A stretch of DNA of 63,668 nucleotides, the filler included, from Lenisia limosa (taxonomy: Eukaryota > Protista > Breviatea), in assembly GCA_001655205.1 (NCBI GenBank). It is 10 parts of 10 records of this genome, joined end to end, with 100 filler letters (N's around TTAATTAATTAA, not from the genome) between each part and the next. Parts side by side here need not be neighbours in the genome. Positions count along the whole stretch, not along the records: positions 39,754 to 56,981 come from LPNZ01009413.1; positions 57,082 to 63,668 come from LPNZ01006585.1; 8 more parts are not named here. One strand, 5' to 3'. Shown one piece after another: positions 52,601 through 63,668 of this stretch. Within the stretch, counting starts at the first letter, position 1; every line of letters begins with the position of its first letter. Below the pieces are notes generated by a model. It made no database searches, was not told where the DNA came from, and saw only the letters and a list, made by a program, of their open reading frames with translations. The translations under genes were made by a program, and so were the position numbers.

Positions 52601-55600
52601 ACCTGATTGGATTGAGTGCATACTTGAAGAGAGGGCCATAACCTGAGAATTTTCCTTCTATAATCATGAGAACAGAATGGTGAAAATACAGTCATAGACA
52701 GTGATCCCTGACACATACATGCATAGTTTTGTTATGGAGGTTTGTGAAGGGTGGAAGCTCGGTGGTTGACGATAAGGACACTTCACTGTTCGACCTAAAC
52801 AATGAAGCGCAATGAAGGAGAAAATAACTTTCAAATCTAAACCAGTACCTGAGATAGTTGTGCTTAACCGTTGCATTTTGAGCCACCGCGTCAGGCTAGG
52901 TTATAAATCGGGCTTCAATTCGGTAGGTACATATCAAATATAAATACAGAATTTTGTAGATTCTATGATATAATAATATGGGCATTTTAACATTTTTTGC
53001 TTGGCTAAAAATACAATGGAGGTCGGGTGGTGAGTGCTTTACTTACCGAGGAAGACCGTATAGGGTTCAATGTCATCATTTGGACGTCTTCCTGATCCTT
53101 GTCAAGGTCACTTGTCACATCAACGTTATCCGAGTCTTCGGGGTAAGAATCTTGTCACTTCACATCACATCCAACAAAATTGAGTTGAACTATTTGTTAA
53201 AAATCAATTATTATGTTTTGGGAAGCGTAAACCCTACTTGTCACACCCTGTGTCACTCAACTCACCAAGAGCTGCACTTGTCCACTGAATACCCTTACGG
53301 GCGTTTTCAATGGCGTCTTCAACCTCGTCTGGAAGCGTTCCCTCCAATAGCGTAATCTGAAACGTTAGAAAACTTCACACTCGATCACACAATCATGAGA
53401 CTTTAAAGCAGCATACCGAATGGGCTTGAAGACCGTCAATGCCCTTGGCCGTTACGCTGCATTTGGGGTGTATGGCCCATCCGTCACTCAGCTCAAGAAC
53501 TGAATTGTTACAACCAATACTGGGTGTGGAGTATGCACTTCTGGACAAATGGAACCAAAACGGGATAGCCGCAAACCTGTCGTCAGAGATGTGCTTTGGG
53601 ACAGGGTTTTGGAACCTGGTAATTTAGAAAACTCAACAAGCTCTTAATTAACCAAAATACCACGTCCTCTTACCGTCGGAAGTGATGACAGAAAAGTATT
53701 CACTGGCTAAAAGGTCCAAAATAACAGGTACACTGACCAGAATGTTTGCTCTACAGAATAAAAACGAAATGACATATTCCTACCCTCTTTCTTTGTGATT
53801 AAACGCATAATACGACAGTCGGGCTGCAGTATTGAGGCAAGAGCCAACCTAATTAATGATGATTCTATCACTGCATGTACACACCATTGAGTAGTGAAGG
53901 GACGTCGTTCCAAGCACTCCAGTTGTGACAGGTCCACATGCAACACCAATGTCCACATACAATCCTGAGACCTGCGGTGTGAGATGGTCGAACACACGCA
54001 GCTTATAAACATACCACTGGGACTGCAATTATTCAATTTTACCCTAAGCCCACCAATGAGGCGACCCGCTGCATTGCAACCGCCAGTTTGAGCGCGTCAA
54101 CGACGGGGTTGGCCTGGCGTATGGGCGCGCCACATGCTGCCAAGTACGTGTCTCCGACTTGCTCAATTGTGTAACTATATGGTAAGATATAAACTCTGTG
54201 CCAAGTAGGCCTACCAGCTGTAGTGAGAGACTAAAATGTCAAACGCCTGTGTAGTGCGAGCAAATGCCTTTACGTACTAAGTACAGTCATAACATCAAAA
54301 TATAGGGGGTATTAGAGGTAAGTGTAATTTTTGTAGCGGAGAAACCGTTGTGAAAAGATTAGTTCAAAAGTTACATCTTATACGCCCCACATTTTTCAAT
54401 TGTTCAGGAGTTGATGATTCTCCTTCAATCGAAATCTGACAGGTGAGTGACACAAGTTGTAAAAAAAAGGTCGACTCAGCGTACTTTGACAAACACAACG
54501 GCGGTTCGATGGAATCGCTCCACAACCTGCGACTGACAATCATTCGTCAGCTTCTCAGCAACATGGGGTGGGATCAAAGACCTGGCTAGGTTATCTGGAT
54601 ATTGGTAAGTTGGACCGGGTCATTGCACTACCCACCCATTTTCTCGACATCATCATTGAGCGCAAATTGAGCCCGAATGTTTGCTCTGCGGTCTTTTATC
54701 TAAGTGGTTGAGTTGTTCGTTTCCAAAATATCTGACAGCACTAAATAGAAGAAAAGAACCGGTACTTTCAGAAGGAGACAGTACAAACCTCGGTCTTGTG
54801 AATTAACGTAGCACCAAGCATAGTCGCAATGAATATCTGGGATATGTGAGAAATAATTATATGCTATTGCCAAATGTGTGACAACAACAAATTCAACAAC
54901 CATTCATCACCCCCCTCCCCACAATGAAGGCAGGGACTAGCATGTTTCTCTCTCCGGTGACCGCGTTACTGACGTTGAATGTCAGCCATAAGCACATGGC
55001 AGATGCACGTGCCGAGAGGGGTGACCATGCCATTGCGGCTAGTGGGATAAAATGAATATATAATGTTGTCATCCAGCATTCAACATTAGCGATGGTATAA
55101 CGAGAAGATTAACTACTTGTTTATTAGGCGGATTATACAAAGCTAATTTATTTTCGTTTTCTGCCGACGAGTTACAAGTTGCCGTTTTTGAAAATCATTT
55201 TGCAATTCAGCCTGGTAAAGACTCTTTTCGTCGGATTTTTCAAGGAGGCCTGAAAACAACCTCAGGTTGACCTCATGTGATCGCTATAACGGGAGGAGGG
55301 CAGTTCACGCTGCCGTCCTATTAGAGAAAACAACTGCTTTGTTTTACAATGAACAACTTTAGTGATATAAAATAAGTGTTTAATTGATAACAAGCCTTTA
55401 GGTTCAAATCTTTAAAAGGGGACGGCAAATATGGGTTTGGAAAAAAATAAAAATAAATAAGATACTCCGGATGTATGGAATGACCTCTTCACTTTTTGGA
55501 GGTATTCAAGAGTGTTTTTGGAGCTCTTTGACATGCAACGCGGAGCGATGAAATCCGCCGTCGCGTTTTTACCCCTCAAAATGCGACAACAAGTCGGATT

Positions 55601-56520
55601 TCTGAAAATCTGACCAAAAAAGTGACGCCGAGTAAAAATAAATTTTACATTAGCCTATTTGTGTTTATCTCTCAACTTAGAAACCAAATCCCAAGAATAG
55701 GAGAGTGTGACAATTAGTTGATTCGGATGAAAGGTATGAACGGATGAACATTCCTCACCAGAAATTGCAGCAACAATGATGGCGACTCCATTTGGCAGCA
55801 GTATCTTGTCATCCATGATGCTATGTATGCTGATACACGTCCCAGTACTGGCTCCCGAGATGAAGATCAGGGCCATTAGGATGACTTTCTTGCTGAACCA
55901 AACAGATTGCAAAGCTCCGCTCTGGAAAATGTCAGCGGACCTGTGTCACTATCCATCTATATTTGTTACGCATATATAAAAACGACAAAAAATAAGCGGT
56001 AAAATAACCTCAGAGGATTCATGCAGGTAAGGTGATCAAAAACACGTCAGCACATAAGCTGCCAAGCCGCCAAAGTCAAATATTATCAGCTCCAAACATA
56101 CATCTTTGTCATCAAGAACTGATACTGGGGTTAATCGACAAGAACAGGTTTTCAGGCGGGAGTAGCCCTTCCAACAAAGAATCAGAAGCCCGTTTCCGCT
56201 CAGAAATCCAACAAAGCAGAATCGAAGAACACTATAAACTGTAAAAAAGAGTCCATTTCCCCGTATTAACCAGTCAGCAAACAGTGAACTTGGTGAGGAG
56301 CTCGTAAGTTCTATTGCGGCTAAACATGCCAGTAAAACTGAAAAAGCCGTCCCAAGGACAGTCACCCTGAAAAGCGAGAAGAAGGCATGGTCAAAGGATC
56401 CAAAATTGGATCTTTCTGATATTACGGCTTTGAATCCTTTCGCAATACTAGCAGAATCATGATGGTCAGCAGAAGAGGGGGCAACCACATTGCCAGAGAC
56501 CATACTGGTTCTGAAGAGCG
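49605..56520 (-). CDS. Membrane class III cyclase with two catalytic domains; guanylyl-cyclase-type with swapped C1/C2 roles
   Basis: C1: SLIPPHVAEKL, TAVVFVK, YTIEQVGDTYLAACG, DIGVACGPVTTGVLGTTSLHYSM-VGSCLNTAARLS. C2: LLLPRHAVK, TVLQ-LDIVNFT, FKLYTIGDAW, GIGHG..YLVWGPVMDEVERLE. Hydrophobic exon blocks precede each domain. 5' end uncertain. Confidence 0.82.
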
Positions 56521-57081
56521 GGCTACAGTTTACTGAAGAAGATTCACGGGAGTTTCATGAGACGTTCATTACTATATTACTATTTTATCATTTTATCATT
56601 ATAAATTAAAAACTCATCATGCCTCACCATGTCGGATTATTTTAAAAATGAAATGCCTGGCTCGGAAAGCCCGGAAATATACCGCTTTTCGGGTTGTGGA
56701 TCTAGGAGGTGTCCGCTACCAACAGTACCAGTACATCAGTACCAAGATACCAATAATCAATCCAATTATTTACAACCCAATACAGACAAGTCCTGACTTG
56801 GTCGAACAGTCACAAAAACAATATTCAAAAATATATCATATTATATATATATCACACCGTCCATATCTGTGAATTTTCCTCTATCTGTGCGAAAAATTTT
56901 TGCTAAAAATATGGCATATAGCTAAGAGAATTGTCATAACACTCTTGTTGCTAACAAAAATGACAATAACTTTTATTTGTTNNNNNNNNNNNNNNNNNNN
57001 NNNNNNNNNNNNNNNNNNNNNNNNNTTAATTAATTAANNNNNNNNNNNNNNNNNNNNNNNNNNNNNNNNNNNNNNNNNNNN

Positions 57082-58382
<1,301 letters not shown>

Positions 58383-59075
58383 GTNNNNNNNNNNNNNNNN
58401 NNNNNNNNNNNNNNNNNNNNNNNNNNNNNNNNNNNNNNNNNNNNNNNNNNNNNNNNNNNNNNNNNNNNNNNNNNNNNNNNNNNNNNNNNNNNNNNNNNNN
58501 NNNNNNNNNNNNNNNNNNNNNNNNNNNNNNNNNNNNNNNNNNNGGTTTCACGTCTATCTTCTCCACCCGGTACCTTCCAGGGGCTCCGAACGTGTCAAAC
58601 TCAAGGGGAGATTTTGGGGGGTCCAGAGTGCTTTTCCTCCATAATACAAGGATGTGTGATTATACCAAAGCGCATTCCGCCGTCCGCATGAGATGGCATG
58701 CTTCAGCCTTAGCCTGGAGTACCGCACATGTATGGAAGTAGGTAGTCGCTGTTGATATCGTAGTCGGTATGTTTTGCTGCGTCCTTGGACTATAAATAAT
58801 ACATCACACACGGTCAGAGGTCTAGTACATACAAGCCTTTGAAGAGTCTTCTTCTTCCAATTCACCACTCATCCTGAACCATTAATGGCGATGAAAAGAA
58901 ACATGACAGCTATGGCTTCACTTACGGTTCGAAAAATGTCTGAATTTCTCGATAAATCCAAACTATCGATGATAACCGGGGTTTTCGAACCGAATGTGAA
59001 GCATGACTCATGGGAAGAAAAAAATAGTGAAGTATTCATAGAAAATAAGATGCAGCCCAGGGCGAACGTTTGAAC

Positions 59076-61493
59076 TCAAAGAATGGAGCAACATCCTCCG
59101 CCCTTGCCAGCCTCCTTTTCTGCAGCCTCCAAAGTTTCTCCGGCGGTTGTTCGTCCTGGGGGAGAGTAAAATTGGAAAATTTATGGAGCAAAAAAAAAAG
59201 CCAAATCAACTCTGTTGGCTGACATCATTCCAGCGTACGTATACGAAGGAAATTTAGATACAAAAAACCCAAAATTAATTTGTTCAAACTCCAGCATACC
59301 ATAGCCATTTGCTCTCAACACTAGCAGAGGACTGTGTTGATTGTTGTCCTGATATGTTAAACCAGTGAGAAAAATAACAAAGGTGCCAATCAAAAACAGA
59401 GGCCAAGATTGGGAAAGTCTATCAGGACCCACTCTGATCATGGGGTCCGCGCCAAGCTCCAAAAGAACCTATAACTGTTAAGCGTTGTGCAATTTTTTTG
59501 CAATTTTACCCACAAAAAAAAAAATAACTCAAGCAGGATCTTAACCTTCAACACTCAGTTCCCCAAAAAGATTATGTGGTTCTATGGGAAGAAAAGTCCT
59601 CCCACCTGGACAGCAAAAGGTTCGCCCTTCGATGCTGCACAATGCAAGGCCGTGCGACCATTCTACACCGTCAAACAGAGGCTAAATATACACTGACTAA
59701 TGCCACAAATAGAGAGAAAAATATAATAATAGCAAAAAGTAGCCGCAAAAGGAACCTTTTAAAAATACACCGTGGCGGCATGCACAAAGCCCAACTTACG
59801 TTCATTTTCGAGTCAATTGGGATATAGTAATCCCGAACCGCAGCTCTGATCATTTCACCATGGCCTGCCAGTGCCGCTAAGTGAACCATTGTTCTCTTCT
59901 CCTTGTCCTGAAGGACATAAAAAATAACAACCAAACAAACATATCACACAAAGACTGTTAACACCATGAATCGACTGTCTAATGAAGGCAAATAGCTTCC
60001 CTAAATAGCGCCATGACACCAAGAGGGTATAATGGCCAATGCGAAAAATACCGTCCCCCCTTACACAAGACTCAACATTGACCTGAATCACGTCCTTCAG
60101 GAAGCCGACCATGTCAACCATGCCTTCTTTGGCACAGTAGAGCGCCGCATTTTCACCAAGAAGATTCTAGCGTGTAAGTAAACTGTTTTTTAAAAAGAAA
60201 ATGGGTTTAAATAAATTGCATGTATTGTGTACAAAAATGAGGAAATCACAATATTACACCGTAATACTTAATATGATGATATATTAACCAAAAAGATTGC
60301 CACCATTCTTAATATTAAGGAATTTCCTGGCTATATAGTACCTGCTCCCCTTCCCATCCCCAAACCTCAGCATTGATTTCACACTCCAGTTTGTTGGCGA
60401 GGAATCTAAAGTATGAGCCTTCACCCAATACAGTAAGGGCTTTAGAGAAATGTAGCAAATTATAAAAGTATGAAGGTATTTGTGAAGCTTAAAGCTGTTC
60501 ACTTCGTCCTTACAACTCTCCATCTACACCGTATGTAAGTAGATTGGTAAATTAGGCTACCGTAGCTGACAATAAAACTGGCTATTCCATCAGAGATATA
60601 AGTAATGCAGTATCCGTGTCGAAAGTTCCAACCTGCAGGTATTCTGGTTCTTGGCCATGGCAGCATGGTGCAAAGGGGTGTTGCCTTTATCATCCTACAG
60701 TTATTACTTGAAGAAAACGCAAGAGAAAAGAGTACTTTAAGGCTAATCAGTTGAAATACTGGTTGTTCTTTTTTTACAATAACACAAATGGAATACAATT
60801 TTCCTTTAATAGTGTTATCATTGGATGAGGCCTGTGGCAAGTAATACTGTATATGAAGGTGGGGGGAGCGGGATAGGGGATGAGATATAATATTTGAAAC
60901 AGAGATGAGAAAACACAACCAACCTCGAATGTTGGATCGACATTACACCTCTTTACAAGAATGTGGATCGTGTCATCCTGGTTCAGTAAACAATCTAAGG
61001 GAGGAAAACCCATATTTTAAATTCATAATGCCAAAAAAAAAAATAAAAAAAAATTCTCGTTTTCAGAGATTCCCCCAAACATGTCCATTTTGGGCTGCCA
61101 AGTGGATAGGCGATAAACCTTTCTTGTTCTAAAAGATCAGCTTGGAAAAAGTGGGAAAATACAACACCCAGCAAGACCCACCATTGTCAATGGGTTTGCT
61201 TTGTATTGGAGAACAAGAGCTTCTACCAGCTTGCTCCTGCCCTGAGGGGGTAAAAAAAAAATACGCAGAAGAACAAAGCGGGGAAAGCTCATCTTACCTT
61301 TTCGGCTGCAAGATGAAGTGGAGTATTACCGTCCACATCCTAAACAAGTAAGAGAAGGCAGGAGGGACGCTTCCATTACCTCAAGATCAGGATCAATCCT
61401 TCCGCGTTCCTCCACCCATTGATCTAGGTCATTGACGGAGTATTTTGAGGCAATATCAAACAAAGTTATAGAGTCTAACTCGATACCACTCAT
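59076..61493 (-). CDS. Ankyrin-repeat protein ending in a basic region plus CaaX (GGGCCSIL*)
   Basis: DVDGNTPLHLAAEK-GRSKLVEALV, DDKGNTPLHHAA, LLGENAALYCAKEG, DKEKRTMVHLAALAGH, NGRTALHCAASKG, VLLELGADP. Confidence 0.88.
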
Positions 61494-61922
61494 CTTAAGA
61501 GAAATTCACTCACAAACTGAGTGACTGTTTAATGATTTCCTATTTATTTTACGAGTATAATATATAAAATAAACTAATATCACACAATAAAGAGGCAAAA
61601 AATCTGCAAAAAATGCAAGTTTTTTCGTTTATATAGTTGTGGCCGCGCATTTAAGCCCGTATTAGTTTTTGGCCCCCGTTGCTTCCCTTTTGCCATATTC
61701 TTGTATAACTATTAGTATACGATTGATATATTGACATACGAGAGACATTCTGTTTTTAAGGAAATTGGTCAAGTTCTACCTCCCTACTCTCTTGGAATCT
61801 GGGAAACGGTGTTTGTTTCTAACTACTGCTGCCTATAGTTGTCCTCCTCCTTCTTTCCTATCCACTCAATTAATACCCCCTTTCAAAGCCTCATGTAACT
61901 CGGACAGCGATCTCTTGGAGCC

Positions 61923-63630
61923 ATGTCCCTTGAAATATCGAGGGTCATCACTGACCTCACTTCGTCTGTCATCGAGTGTGTGACACTCAACCCTACTCTT
62001 CACCGATACTATGCTGGATCACAAGGTTGGTTGCCATCTGGTACATTTCCCAGCCTGTATTTATCACAAAGGTGGCACAAAGCAAGTAAAATACACATAT
62101 CCATTGATATAAGACAACAATGAAGAAATCAATAAAAAGCATTAAGAACATAAACCCAACAATAAAAAGAATAAAAATAAGAAGATACACTGAAAAGTAT
62201 CCTTGTGTTTATTAATACTTTTATTTCTTTCTTCATTGTTGTCTTTTATCTATGGATATGTGTATTTTACTTGCTTCGTGCCACCTTTGTGATAAATACA
62301 GGCTCTTTAACGATACAAACTGACACCAACTCTCTCTCCTCTCTCTCTCTGCCCACCTCCCTATTACCCACTTACATCACACAGGTCCTACCTCTCTCTN
62401 NNNNNNNNNNNNNNNNNNNNNNNNNNNNNNNNNNNNNNNNNNNNNNNNNNNNNNNNNNNNNNNNNNNNNNNNNNNNNNNNNNNNNNNNNNNNNNNNNNNN
62501 NNNNNNNNNNNNNNNNNNNNNNNNNNNNNNNNNNNNNNNNNNNNNNNNNNNNNNNNNNNNNNNNNNNNNNNNNNNNNNNNNNNNNNNNNNNNNNNNNNNN
62601 NNNNNNNNNNNNNNNNNNNNNNNACAGACTCGAATTCCGCAGTACACATATGACGATACAGATGGTACGATAGTCTCATGGGACACCGAAAGCGGCCGGC
62701 TTGTCAAGTCCATTACACTGCACACGGGATGGATCAATGACATCATTGTTATACCGTACCGGGGGGGGGGGGNNNNNNNNNNNNNNNNNNNNNNNNNNNN
62801 NNNNNNNNNNNNNNNNNNNNNNNNNNNNNNNNNNNNNNNNNNNNNNNNNNNNNNNNNNNNNNNNNNNNNNNNNNNNNNNNNNNNNNNNNNNNNNNNNNNN
62901 NNNNNNNNNNNNNNNNNNNNNNNNNNNNNNNNNNNNNNNNNNNNNNNNNNNNNNNNNNNNNNNNNNNNNNNNNNNNNNNNNGGTTGTTTCTTGCGGAGTG
63001 GACGGGCAAATAATTGTGTGGTCTGTATCCCCTACTGACGCTTGGATTCCTCTTCAAATCCTCGAGGTTTGTTGGGGCTGTTTTGAAATGAAAATGAAAA
63101 TCGAAAAAAATCTGATTGGGATGGGGGAGGAGAGGTATTTTAAAAAAGGAAATTAAAGTGAGGCTGTGGGGGGTAGTGGACGCTCTCATTAAATGGTATG
63201 TGTCACCGTGTTTCAGTCAGCATATATTAATTAGTGACAATCCTATACTTAAAAACATGACACATTTCACCTGTTCAGCTGAAACGGCCGATCTACAAAC
63301 TAGCCTGGAACCCGGCACGGCACCTCCTTGTTGCTGGTGGGGGGGGGGTAATATATGTATACAGTGACCAGGATAAGTCTTGACTGATTTGCTATGTGAT
63401 TTCCGAAGGAAAAAAGACTTATCCCGGTCACTGCATATGTATTTTATATCATATGTTATCAAATAGATGTTTTTCTGTTGTTGGTGGGGATGTATTGTTG
63501 CTGTGGAGGACGGGGTTAGATTAATGACGCCTTTTCACGACCTCAACCCCAGGAATGAATAAAGAAGTCCGAGTGTTCTCAGTGGTCCAAGACGACTCTT
63601 CAGTGTCGGCTCCCTCACCGTCCATTTCAG
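61923..63630 (+). CDS. WD40-repeat protein (runs off the window end)
   Basis: YYAGSQ-DGTIVSWDTESGRLVKSITLHTGWINDI, VVSCGVDGQIIVWS, IYKLAWNPARHLLVAG. Confidence 0.85.
62052..62304. mobile_element. Foldback element with about 93-bp inverted arms inside a WD40-gene intron
   Basis: 62052-62145 (AGCCTGTATTTATCACAAAGGTGGCACAAAGCAAGTAAAATACACATATCC...) is a near-perfect reverse complement of 62212-62304. Confidence 0.85.
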
Positions 63631-63668
63631 CAGGACTTGGTAGGTATACTCTATCGTTACATACATAA

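Noticed and set aside
9660-56520. A cGMP-signalling gene cluster (two cyclases, CNB protein, nucleotidase)
   Set aside because: The genes lie on different contigs separated by artificial linkers, and such families are commonly expanded in protists.

Overview
This is an intron-rich nuclear genome of a eukaryote, probably a protist. It is not prokaryotic, so the six-frame ORF track mostly reports fragments; I rebuilt genes by hand from GT-AG exons. Nine 100-bp spacers (N44-TTAATTAATTAA-N44, a six-frame-stop linker) join separate contigs, so gene adjacency across them is unsupported. Many other N gaps sit beside poly-G/poly-C runs. Recognisable genes: a Fuzzy/Mon1/HPS1-like longin protein, a tandem cNMP-binding protein, a degenerate 5'-nucleotidase, TSR3 (5' part), two membrane class III nucleotide cyclases (one with swapped C1/C2 catalytic roles and guanylyl-type residues), a Yfh7/YggC-like P-loop kinase head-to-head with a spliced homologue of bacterial YnjE rhodanese, a four-TM protein, alanine aminotransferase (3' part), an ankyrin protein ending in CaaX, a WD40 protein, and a kinesin fragment with an in-frame TAA. 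The most striking non-genic signal is a set of repeats inside introns. Families A and E lie in the host gene's sense orientation in nearly every assignable case and form the intron 3' end (pyrimidine tract and AG), often stacked in tandem. They are candidate introner-like or acceptor-donating mobile elements. Also present: a SINE-like family B, two palindromic MITE families (C, D), one 250-bp foldback and a 33-bp minisatellite. All homology calls come from motif recognition, not database searches. Exon boundaries are approximate.
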